Positions 51,831-60,623 are shown, counted from the stretch's first letter. The stretch is 64,000 bases of DNA from a virus (IMGVR_UViG_2851938318_000001); one strand, 5' to 3'. Notes: a model not told the origin generated them from the letters alone. Numbers and translations: made by a program.

Positions 51831-52181
51831 TTACGCGAATACCTCAAGAAACTCCTGAACGTCCCAATGCTGGACGAGGTGAAGATAGACCTTAGAAATC
51901 ACGTCATTCTCGCTATCGCATGTGAAGTAGTACTTCTGGCTGCGGTTGTATGTGTCCACACAAAATTCGCTCATATCCATAAAGTCAGCATCTTCACCCA
52001 GGTCGCAAATCATCAAAGCAGGTGCGTCATCACGAGTCATCAGCTCAAGCACCCACCGCGAATTGATCAGAGTGGAAGACCAACCTTCTAACTCATAAAA
52101 CTGATCAAACTCTTTTTGAGTTAATTTCTTGATTTGGTTGATGTCGATATGTGCAAACATAAAGCAATCCTTAAACAACAT
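51831..52181 (-). CDS. hypothetical acidic protein
   Basis: 116-aa ORF; conserved upstream element at 52176..52210. Confidence 0.4.
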   Translation of the reverse strand: MLFKDCFMFAHIDINQIKKLTQKEFDQFYELEGWSSTLINSRWVLELMTRDDAPALMICDLGEDADFMDMSEFCVDTYNRSQKYYFTCDSENDVISKVYLHLVQHWDVQEFLEVFA

Positions 52182-52334
52182 GTTTTCTTGTTGGTGTTAT
52201 TATCGTAATAACGCACAGGCGAAAAAGGATTTTATTCCGGTGAATGTGGTTTTGGCAGTGAGTTTTCAGGTTCAGTACCGAGTACACTTTTTACATTATT
52301 CTGATTTAGTGGCCGAAGGTGGCTGGTGGACAGA

Positions 52335-52652
52335 ATAATCCTCTCCCCGAAAACCTACTGAAATCGATTGTGACCCGCTGACTGTCTGGCACAATTACGC
52401 TGTAGCTGGGCATTCAGAGGGAATCCAGCGGTAAGCAAGTCCGCCTGCACGTGAGCGCCTCTCTTCTTCCCGCACATTGCAGGTGGGTAGCCGCAACTCT
52501 CCCTCTCGCTATACCGGTACGCCGCCGTTCCTGAACCGGCATTGAGCCTTTTCCCGAAATCCACACAGGCAACTCGACCGTTTCCCTGAAAACCTCCAGC
52601 CGTTCCCAAAGGCAACCCAGCCGTTTCTGTAGCGGGATGCAGCCTTTCCCCT
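52335..52652. repeat. iteron-like direct repeat cluster 2
   Basis: GCCGTT/GCCTTT cores at 52524, 52546, 52578, 52599, 52620 and 52642 (mostly 21-22-bp steps); related ctccccgaaaacc at 52335. Confidence 0.55.
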
Positions 52653-52789
52653 GTATGGACCGAAGGCTGACCGTAGGGGTGTTACGGGGGATAAAATCAG
52701 GAGTTGAATAAATACGAAAAAGGAGGCGACCCCCCTCCTTCCCTCCCCACTTATACATACCTGGCTTCTTCGCTATACATGTTGTGTTT

Positions 52790-53560
52790 TCTTCGTGTTT
52801 TATCTGTCTCAACCTCTCTATAGGCGTTAATGCTCACACCTTCCAGAACGTTCTATACGGCGACTAATTCTGTTGGTGAATTGGGTGTGTTGTTCTCTCT
52901 GTCGGTGTAAATGGTTTCGTTAGTTTTGCGGTGGTTCTTCTGTGGGATGTTCTCGTCGTTTTGGTGATTGTTCTTCTCCGTGTATGGAGTAAAGGCAGGT
53001 GGGCGATTCCTTTCGTTATTGTGTTTGAGTTGTTTGTCTGGAGTGTGTGAAGGGCTTTTGTAGTTATTCGTGTATTGGGTAATGGCGTTTCCCGTGATTG
53101 TTATGTTTCGTGTCTTTTGGGATTGAGAGAATCCTTGCGGTTACAGGCTTCGTTGGGGTTTCAGTGATTCTGGTGTTTCTTCGCTGTTTGGGTAATGGCG
53201 TGTCGTGGGTATCGCGCGTATGGAAGTTTCGAATTGCCTGTGAAAGTTAGGTTGGTTGTCCGGTAGCCTGCCATAAAGAGGTTGGTTGTTTTTGGAATGG
53301 CATATGTGTTATTTGGTTGTTTTGTTATACCTGAAAATAAGTTGTTTATATGGTTGTGTAACGCAACGGGAGCGATTTTGAGCGTGTGTTTTTGTTGGTA
53401 GTGTGTTTGGTCGTCTGTGGTGAAAATTGGACGCTGTGGCGCTGTCTGCTGCGTAGAATTACGGGTATAAGCAGTGATGTGTGAAAACGTCAATTTTTTA
53501 GACCAAATCGGGTGAAAGCGTTGATGTTTCGTTGATCTGTTATTCAGTTGTTTTCTTATT
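52790..53560. other. ORF-free GT-skewed tract (candidate non-coding RNA or origin-associated region)
   Basis: About 770 bp rich in G and T on the plus strand with short degenerate repeats (gggtaatggcgt twice; ggttggttgt several times); bounded by upstream-element-like sequences at 52787..52815 and 53536..53560. Confidence 0.4.
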
Positions 53561-53690
53561 GGTATAAACAACTATAACCTATTGATATTTAAGGATGTGA
53601 TTGCAGGTATAGAATGGGGGTAGTGGCGATCAACGGATTCTTATAGAAAAGAATCAAATTGTGACCGCCATTATCAATGAGTTGCAACCG

Positions 53691-54260
53691 TTAGTTGTTC
53701 AGATAAACATTTGGAACACGGACGTAGAAGTTCCTGTCGCCGGTAAGTTCCAGAGTAATGTTAATGTCATTACCATTGTCTAGTGTAGCCGTTGCTCTAT
53801 AGAACTTATCCGTCACCTTGTCCTCTATTGTCACCTTCATACATTTTGGTGCAGTCGAACCGTTATTCTCTTTCAGAATAGTTGTCACGAGAGGGCAGGC
53901 TGCTTCTTCAAGAGCAACCTCGTCCTTGTGTGGGATGCCGATGAAGATAACCCAAGCCAGCGACGCAACGATTATGATAAATGGCACTCTGCTGCCTTTT
54001 GTAATAGTCGCGCGCTTCCAGAGATAGACAGGCAGGAGGAATACCCCCCATAGAATTGAAGGTGGTTCACAGCCAGACTCCGATAGAGCCATTCTGTCAG
54101 CTACTAACAAACCGATGGTAGTTACACCCCCAATTATAATAGCGTAATTGGTATACTCTTCCGGCGATACTCCAAAGAAGAAAGGCATGAACGCTAGAAT
54201 CCACGCATAAATGTTATTCAGAGGTTTTGTTTGTTGGTTCTGGGTTTCCATCACATCCAT
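53691..54260 (-). CDS. hypothetical membrane protein
   Basis: 189 aa; about four predicted TM helices then a soluble C-terminal domain. Confidence 0.45.
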   Translation of the reverse strand: MDVMETQNQQTKPLNNIYAWILAFMPFFFGVSPEEYTNYAIIIGGVTTIGLLVADRMALSESGCEPPSILWGVFLLPVYLWKRATITKGSRVPFIIIVASLAWVIFIGIPHKDEVALEEAACPLVTTILKENNGSTAPKCMKVTIEDKVTDKFYRATATLDNGNDINITLELTGDRNFYVRVPNVYLNN

Positions 54261-54413
54261 TCCATCACATAAAAATCGCGTTTATATATTATCAATTTTC
54301 TCACTTGTATAACCTAAATACGCATCCGTTTATCAATCCACCTTCCACAAACATCAGCTTTAGCTATGAAAAATAACAATCTCAAAGTGAAAACCATTAT
54401 CATAGGATAACGA

Positions 54414-54599
54414 TTAGATGAGATGGTCTAATTCATCATCTATCATTGCTTTAACACTTGAGTCATTAACCCCGTATTGATTTATGAACCGTTTCAGCTC
54501 CGGTGAAAACTGAAGGTAGATATCGTGAGCGTTTTTCACTGTAGGTTCAACGCCACGCATTTCAAGCGCCTTTAGTAGATATGAGTCTTCTTTAAGCAT
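54414..54599 (-). CDS. hypothetical small protein
   Basis: 61-aa ORF. Confidence 0.3.
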   Translation of the reverse strand: MLKEDSYLLKALEMRGVEPTVKNAHDIYLQFSPELKRFINQYGVNDSSVKAMIDDELDHLI

Positions 54600-54635
54600 A
54601 AATTCTCCGTTGTCTAGTATGAAGCGATTGCCGGA

Positions 54636-54944
54636 TTACCATTGCCAGCACTCTAGCCCTTCAACGACCGGTGCACCACAATCAAAATGTACAGAGTCAA
54701 AGCCTACATCAAGTACTTTCTGAATGTTCGCAATCGCGCCCTCGGATATACCATATCGACGCAACTCATCTTTCCAGTCATCGTCCTGTAACCCAGCGTG
54801 GACAATGCAACCGTACTCAATTTGTGAAACCCAATCCAGCTCATTGCTTGCGATCATGAATCGGCGAGCATCTTCCTCTGATGTATGAGATGAGCTGATC
54901 AATGCCACCTGGTAGGCTTGGGTAATGTTCAACATTTCAACCAC
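54636..54944 (-). CDS. hypothetical small acidic protein
   Basis: 102-aa ORF; conserved upstream element at 54950..55010. Confidence 0.4.
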   Translation of the reverse strand: MVEMLNITQAYQVALISSSHTSEEDARRFMIASNELDWVSQIEYGCIVHAGLQDDDWKDELRRYGISEGAIANIQKVLDVGFDSVHFDCGAPVVEGLECWQW

Positions 54945-55042
54945 TCCAAAACAAGTTGTTTTCTTATGTGGTTTATTATCTCCATCAACAAAAGGCAGAA
55001 AACAAATTGTTTTAGGTACTGTGTAAATCAGAAGGGATTGTG

Positions 55043-55075
55043 TCTATATGAAAATGCCCGGCGTGTTGCCGGGCA
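55043..55075 (-). terminator. probable metG terminator
   Basis: Hairpin atgcccggc-gtgtt-gccgggcat just downstream of the metG stop, followed on the minus strand by a short T-rich run. Confidence 0.5.
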
Positions 55076-55096
55076 TTGCGAAGAGAGGTTGTTTAA

Positions 55097-57130
55097 TTAC
55101 TTAACCTGGTGGCCAGGTTTAGCACCAGCATCCGGGCTTAACAGGAAGATATCTTTCCCGCCGGGGCCAGCAGCCATCACCATGCCTTCAGAGATACCGA
55201 AGCGCATTTTACGTGGTGCCAGGTTAGCCACCATAATGGTGTGACGACCAATCAGTGCCTGTGGATCTGGATAAGCGGAACGGATGCCTGAGAAGACATT
55301 ACGCTTTTCACCACCGAGATCCAGCGTCAGGCGAAGCAGTTTGTCAGAACCTTCTACAAACTCTGCGTTTTCAATCAGCGCCACGCGCAGGTCAACTTTG
55401 GCGAAGTCGTCAAAGGTGATAGTTTCCTGAATCGGGTCGTCAGCCAGTGGGCCAGTTACCGGTGCGGCTGTGGCTTTCACTTCTTCTTTGGATGCTTCCA
55501 CCAGTGCTTCAACCTGCTTCATATCGATGCGGTTATACAGTGCCTTGAACGGATTCACTTTATGGCCCAGCAGCGGTTGCTGGATACCATCCCAGGTCAG
55601 TTCTGTATTCAGGAATGCTTCTGCACGTTCAGTCAGTTTCGGCAGTACCGGCTTCAGGTACGTCATCAGCACGCGGAACAGGTTAATGCCCATAGAGCAA
55701 ATCGCCTGCAGATCGGCATCGCGTCCTTCCTGCTTCGCCACCACCCACGGAGCCTGTTCATCGACATAGCGGTTAGCCAGGTCAGCCAATGCCATGATTT
55801 CACGGATAGCTTTACCAAATTCGCGGCTTTCCCACGCTTCACCAATCACTTCAGCGGCATCAGTGAAGGTTTTGTACAACTGCGGGTCAGCCAATTCGCT
55901 TGCCAGCACGCCGTCAAAACGCTTGTTGATAAAGCCCGCATTACGAGAGGCCAGGTTAACCACTTTGTTCACGATATCGGCATTCACGCGCTGAACGAAA
56001 TCCTCCAGGTTGAGATCGATATCATCAATGCGCGAAGAGAGTTTCGCAGTGTAGTAGTAACGCAGGCTGTCGGCGTCAAAATGATTCAGCCAGGTGCTGG
56101 CTTTAATAAAGGTGCCGCGAGACTTGGACATCTTCGCGCCGTTCACCGTCACATAGCCGTGAACAAACAGGTTGGTCGGCTTGCGGAAGTTGCTGCCTTC
56201 CAGCATGGCAGGCCAGAACAGGCTGTGGAAGTAAACAATATCTTTACCGATGAAGTGGTACAGCTCGGCGGTGGAGTCTTTCTTCCAGTATTCATCGAAG
56301 CTGGAGGTGTCGCCGCGTTTGTCGCACAGATTCTTGAAGGAACCCATGTAGCCAATCGGCGCGTCCAGCCAGACGTAGAAATATTTGCCCGGTGCGTTCG
56401 GAATTTCAAAACCGAAGTACGGCGCATCGCGGGAGATATCCCACTGTTGCAGACCAGATTCAAACCACTCCTGCATTTTGTTTGCCACCTGCTCCTGCAA
56501 CGCACCGCTGCGGGTCCATGCCTGCAACATTTCGCTGAAAGAAGGCAGATCAAAGAAGAAGTGTTCGGAATCACGCATTACCGGCGTAGCACCAGAAACT
56601 ACCGATTTCGGCTCGATCAGTTCAGTAGGGCTGTATGTCGCGCCGCAGACTTCACAGTTATCGCCGTATTGATCCGGCGCTTTACATTTCGGGCATGTGC
56701 CTTTCACAAAACGGTCCGGCAGGAACATGCCTTTTTCCGGGTCGTACAGCTGAGAGATGGTGCGGTTTTTAATAAAACCGTTCTCTTTCAGGCGAGTATA
56801 GATAAGCTCGGACAACTGACGGTTCTCTTCGCTGTGCGTCGAGTGATAGTTGTCATAGCTGATGTTAAAGCCTGCAAAATCAGTCTGGTGTTCCTGACTC
56901 ATTTCGCCAATCATCTGTTCCGGTGTGATACCAAGCTGCTGTGCTTTCAGCATGATCGGTGTGCCGTGGGCATCGTCGGCACAGATGAAATTAACCTCGT
57001 GGCCGCGCATTCGCTGGTAACGAACCCAGACATCAGCCTGGATGTGCTCCAGCATATGGCCGAGGTGGATTGAGCCGTTAGCGTACGGCAGCGCGCACGT
57101 CACCAGAATTTTCTTCGCGACTTGGGTCAT
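55097..57130 (-). CDS. metG: methionyl-tRNA synthetase
   Basis: 677 aa from [26 protein letters not shown] (HIGH motif), KMSKS motif present; the 720-aa track ORF has an N-terminal extension upstream of the real start. Confidence 0.95.
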   Translation of the reverse strand: MTQVAKKILVTCALPYANGSIHLGHMLEHIQADVWVRYQRMRGHEVNFICADDAHGTPIMLKAQQLGITPEQMIGEMSQEHQTDFAGFNISYDNYHSTHSEENRQLSELIYTRLKENGFIKNRTISQLYDPEKGMFLPDRFVKGTCPKCKAPDQYGDNCEVCGATYSPTELIEPKSVVSGATPVMRDSEHFFFDLPSFSEMLQAWTRSGALQEQVANKMQEWFESGLQQWDISRDAPYFGFEIPNAPGKYFYVWLDAPIGYMGSFKNLCDKRGDTSSFDEYWKKDSTAELYHFIGKDIVYFHSLFWPAMLEGSNFRKPTNLFVHGYVTVNGAKMSKSRGTFIKASTWLNHFDADSLRYYYTAKLSSRIDDIDLNLEDFVQRVNADIVNKVVNLASRNAGFINKRFDGVLASELADPQLYKTFTDAAEVIGEAWESREFGKAIREIMALADLANRYVDEQAPWVVAKQEGRDADLQAICSMGINLFRVLMTYLKPVLPKLTERAEAFLNTELTWDGIQQPLLGHKVNPFKALYNRIDMKQVEALVEASKEEVKATAAPVTGPLADDPIQETITFDDFAKVDLRVALIENAEFVEGSDKLLRLTLDLGGEKRNVFSGIRSAYPDPQALIGRHTIMVANLAPRKMRFGISEGMVMAAGPGGKDIFLLSPDAGAKPGHQVK

Positions 57131-57287
57131 AGTAGGCATTACTTCTTTGTAGTGAAAAGGGGCTTGATAGTAACAAAATGGCCTTATGTCTGCCATGTGA
57201 TAACAGCATTTCTCATAAATGATTAAATGCCGTAGCTGGAGTACACTACAAGGCGACAATTGCGCAAATTAAAATAAAGGAGACGGG

Positions 57288-58388
57288 ATGAGCGAGTCCA
57301 AATCGCCGGATGCCCTGAGAGCAATGGTAGCCGGTACGCTGGCTAATTTTCAGCACCCAACCCTGAAACACAATCTGACTACGCTTAAAGCGTTACACCA
57401 TGTTGCGTTGATGGATGACACACTGCATGTCGAACTAATCATGCCTTTCGTGTGGAATAAGCCTTTTGAAGACCTGAAAGAGCAATGTAGTGGTGATCTG
57501 CTCCGTATCACTGGCGCAAAGGCTATTGACTGGAAGCTGTCGTACAACATTGCCACGCTTAAGCGCGTCAAAAACCAACCAGGCATTAATGGCGTGAAGA
57601 ACATTATCGCCGTCAGCTCAGGCAAGGGCGGCGTTGGTAAATCCTCCACGGCGGTAAACCTGGCACTGGCGTTGGCTGCTGAAGGTGCGAAAGTTGGTAT
57701 TTTGGATGCCGATATCTACGGGCCATCAATTCCAACCATGCTTGGCGCGGAAAACCAACGTCCAACCTCACCGGACGGTACTCACATGGCACCGATTATG
57801 TCTCATGGACTGGCAACCAATTCAATTGGTTATCTGGTAACTGACGACAATGCGATGGTGTGGCGTGGTCCGATGGCGAGCAAGGCGTTAATGCAGATGT
57901 TGCAGGAAACTCTATGGCCTGATCTGGACTATCTCGTTCTCGATATGCCGCCGGGTACTGGTGATATTCAGCTGACGCTGGCGCAGAACATTCCTGTAAC
58001 TGGTGCTGTTGTGGTAACTACGCCGCAAGATATCGCGCTGATCGATGCGAAGAAAGGCATTGTGATGTTCGAAAAAGTCGAAGTGCCGGTACTGGGTATC
58101 GTCGAAAACATGAGTGTGCATATTTGCAGTAACTGCGGTCATCACGAGCCAATTTTTGGCACCGGTGGCGCACAGAAGCTGGCCGAGAAATACAACACGC
58201 AGTTGTTAGGCCAAATGCCACTTCATATCTCTCTTCGTGAAGATCTGGATAACGGAACACCAACCGTTATTAGTCGTCCAGATAGCGAATTTACGGCTAT
58301 TTATCGTGACCTCGCAGATCGCGTTGCTGCCCAAATGTATTGGCAAGGTGAAGTAATACCTGGCGAAATCGCATTCCGCGCAGTGTGA
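57288..58388 (+). CDS. apbC: iron-sulfur cluster carrier ATPase Mrp/ApbC
   Basis: 366 aa; deviant Walker A SGKGGVGKSS; CxxC near the C-terminus; divergent from metG as in E. coli. Confidence 0.9.
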   Translation: MSESKSPDALRAMVAGTLANFQHPTLKHNLTTLKALHHVALMDDTLHVELIMPFVWNKPFEDLKEQCSGDLLRITGAKAIDWKLSYNIATLKRVKNQPGINGVKNIIAVSSGKGGVGKSSTAVNLALALAAEGAKVGILDADIYGPSIPTMLGAENQRPTSPDGTHMAPIMSHGLATNSIGYLVTDDNAMVWRGPMASKALMQMLQETLWPDLDYLVLDMPPGTGDIQLTLAQNIPVTGAVVVTTPQDIALIDAKKGIVMFEKVEVPVLGIVENMSVHICSNCGHHEPIFGTGGAQKLAEKYNTQLLGQMPLHISLREDLDNGTPTVISRPDSEFTAIYRDLADRVAAQMYWQGEVIPGEIAFRAV

Positions 58389-58414
58389 TAAAAAGGTGGT
58401 GCAATGCACCACCT
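58389..58414 (-). terminator. rho-independent terminator after the UmuD'-like gene
   Basis: Hairpin aggtggtgca-t-tgcaccacct followed on the minus strand by TTTTTAT. Confidence 0.5.
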
Positions 58415-58425
58415 AAACAGTTCTC

Positions 58426-58815
58426 CTACATCACAGGACAATCATCAAACTCGCCACTTCTTGCGTCGTTGATAATGTGAGTGATCACACCAAACACGGC
58501 ATTGCTGCCCGTGCATCCATCATCATCCTTTGGCAATGCTTCCTTCTTACCAGTTCTTAAATCCTCCAGATGCTGACGTGGATACTTCCGGTATCTTTTT
58601 ACGCGATATTCCCCATCCAGAGCACATACAAGAAGAGATCCATCAACAGGAGTGAGTGAGGAATCGACCACCAGCAATGCACCCTGCAATATTCCCTCAC
58701 GATGATGGCTGTCTGCCGCCCTCATGAAGTAGGTCGCTGAAGGATGTCTAATTATCTGCTGATCAAGAGAAATACGGCTCTCAGCATAATCCGCCGCAGG
58801 AGAAGGGAAGCCCAT
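58426..58815 (-). CDS. UmuD'-like S24 peptidase-fold protein (lacks the N-terminal arm and Cys-Gly cleavage site)
   Basis: 129 aa starting MGFPSPAADY, matching the start of processed UmuD'; conserved Ser (AADS) and Lys (YRVKRY); in-frame TAA four codons upstream of the ATG; SD AGAGG. Confidence 0.65.
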   Translation of the reverse strand: MGFPSPAADYAESRISLDQQIIRHPSATYFMRAADSHHREGILQGALLVVDSSLTPVDGSLLVCALDGEYRVKRYRKYPRQHLEDLRTGKKEALPKDDDGCTGSNAVFGVITHIINDARSGEFDDCPVM

Positions 58816-58831
58816 AATACTCGCCTCTTAA

Positions 58832-58851
58832 TACTGTATATACATACAGTA
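58832..58851. promoter_or_regulatory. LexA box (SOS operator)
   Basis: TACTGTATATACATACAGTA: perfect CTGT-N8-ACAG palindrome just upstream of the SD and ATG of the UmuD'-like gene. Confidence 0.75.
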
Positions 58852-59477
58852 TATGTTGAAGCTATATATTTTTGAACTCTATCTCTTAAAAAAGATGTTA
58901 ATAAGATGCTAACTATTGAAAGGCATAAATATATACAATTCCAACAAACGTTATTTTTAACAAATTTTTTCTCTCTGTTGACTTTTGCGAAAGCCTTGTC
59001 TGGCCTAAATTGCGCGGAAGCTACTTTTTCCTTCCTGAGTTATCCACAGAGTTATGCACTTGCATGCATAACCTATACACACTATCTTAATTCGCAAGAC
59101 ACTGATGTTGCGGTATTGAAGGTTCATTGGGTTAAAAATAGACATTAAAAAGCCCAGTTGACTAGGCTGGGCTTTTTAAAAGGAAACAGAGTTTGCGGCT
59201 CTGTTCCTGAGCCATAAGTATCTGGCGACTGAATTAAGATTAACCGAATGTACTGGATTCATCAAGAAACGTTGAGTGGTCATACCAGGTAATAATGACC
59301 ATTTACTAAACATCGTTGTTCTCAAAGAAGATTTAAGTCCAGGTTTTTGGTGACTCTAAAACCTTACCTTAACTCGAAATCGTGCCGTAAGTATCTGGCG
59401 ACTACAGATATTGCAACTGCAAAGGCAAGCCCAAAGGTATTTGCAGCTAGGCGCGATAAAACTAAGTGAGGCCTGTT

Positions 59478-59561
59478 ATGGTTAACTTACTGTTCAAAAT
59501 CGTGCCGCCGATGTTCGCGATTATCAAAGCGATCATTGAGTACGTAAACCAGCGTCCATAA
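59478..59561 (+). CDS. small hydrophobic peptide (27 aa), candidate small membrane protein or type I toxin
   Basis: ATG 59478 with GTGAGG 7 nt upstream; MVNLLFKIVPPMFAIIKAIIEYVNQRP; terminator hairpin after the stop; too short for the ORF track. Confidence 0.35.
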   Translation: MVNLLFKIVPPMFAIIKAIIEYVNQRP

Positions 59562-59574
59562 CGCTAGTTGCTAC

Positions 59575-59608
59575 AGGCCCCATCAAGAGCATGGGGCCTC
59601 TTTATCGT
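59575..59608 (+). terminator. rho-independent terminator
   Basis: Hairpin aggcccca-tcaagagca-tggggcct followed by CTTTAT. Confidence 0.5.
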
Positions 59609-59616
59609 ACTATTGC

Positions 59617-60243
59617 TTATTTTTTACGGACTGAGTTGTTCACTGCTCTGGCAATCTTCTCCCGCAATTGCTGCGTTCCGTGGTACTGAACCGCAATATC
59701 TCTCAACTCGTTCACCAGTTCTCGAATCTGGTGATCTTTAAGCTCATTATTTGGGTGATGGGTAACAACTCTGGTTAATTCACCCTTGTCTTTTGCTCTT
59801 ACGTATGCAGCTCTTGTGCATTCGACCCATGTATTACCGCCTACATTAACTTCGTAGATTAGGCTGGACTTATCTGTCAATTCGGAACAAATACGGGCCG
59901 TGGTCTGGCAACTAGAGCATTCGCAGTTATCGCGGAAACCGTGATCTACCGGTCGAGAAAGAGGTTTAACTTTTTCATCCAACTTCATCACAGCATCGTG
60001 ATAAGCGTTCCAGCCGTCATCTTTACCAAGTTGATAAATCTCTGAAGGCTCCATGTAGTCTATATCGCAACCTTCTTCATCCGATCTATCTGGTCGCTTC
60101 CCTGGTAATCGCTCATAAAAACGATTTCTGTCTCGACGTTCGGCTCTCAGTGCTAACGCAAGAAGTTGCTCAAGCGAGGTATTTGCACCAGCAATAATTT
60201 CATTGAGAATATCTTCTGTGAGATCTTTCGCTACCGTGCTCAT
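59617..60243 (-). CDS. hypothetical prophage protein
   Basis: 208-aa ORF with several Cys pairs (CECSSC). Confidence 0.4.
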   Translation of the reverse strand: MSTVAKDLTEDILNEIIAGANTSLEQLLALALRAERRDRNRFYERLPGKRPDRSDEEGCDIDYMEPSEIYQLGKDDGWNAYHDAVMKLDEKVKPLSRPVDHGFRDNCECSSCQTTARICSELTDKSSLIYEVNVGGNTWVECTRAAYVRAKDKGELTRVVTHHPNNELKDHQIRELVNELRDIAVQYHGTQQLREKIARAVNNSVRKK

Positions 60244-60623
60244 TTATCTCTCTCAGTATGTTGCGATGGCGTAAATTTGACGACATCAAATATTTTGGAT
60301 GGCATCAACTTTATCCGCGAGCTTAGTTCGGCTCTTCTCTGTAATGCGGTTAATAATGTTTTCGTTCTGACGCCTTCGTGTATCCTCATCCCTGGCACAA
60401 GAACTACATCGCAGGGGAGATGCTCAGGTGACAAATCATTTTGGGCATCGCTAATCAGTCGTGTAATCTCTCTTTCAAGCCGACCGCCTAGCTCTGTTTT
60501 AGTGCAATGTTCTGACCAATCGCCAGCCTCAAGCAGCGCGAGAATGCTTAAAATATCGTCCAATAGATCAGTGGTATTATCGACTTCCTTCTGAAACTCA
60601 CCGGCTACTGATTTATGCATCAT
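60240..60623 (-). CDS. hypothetical prophage protein
   Basis: 127-aa ORF with overlapping start/stop to its neighbours. Confidence 0.4.
   Translation of the reverse strand: MMHKSVAGEFQKEVDNTTDLLDDILSILALLEAGDWSEHCTKTELGGRLEREITRLISDAQNDLSPEHLPCDVVLVPGMRIHEGVRTKTLLTALQRRAELSSRIKLMPSKIFDVVKFTPSQHTERDK

Noticed and set aside
52790-53560. Possible CRISPR array in the repeat-rich GT tract
   Set aside because: Repeats are short, degenerate and irregularly spaced; no uniform repeat-spacer periodicity and no cas genes.
53161-53571. 136-aa minus-strand ORF in the GT-skewed tract
   Set aside because: Composition (Thr/Asn/Gln/His/Pro-rich) simply mirrors the CA-rich strand; no SD or conserved start context; treated as non-coding.
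55562-57073. 503-aa plus-strand ORF
   Set aside because: It lies entirely antisense to metG, whose product has HIGH/KMSKS motifs; the antisense ORF is low-complexity and has no start context.
59150-59470. tRNA or tmRNA-like gene between the UmuD'-like gene and the small ORF (possible integration target)
   Set aside because: I could not fold any stretch into a cloverleaf with acceptor stem and conserved T-loop; only a terminator hairpin and direct repeats are evident.
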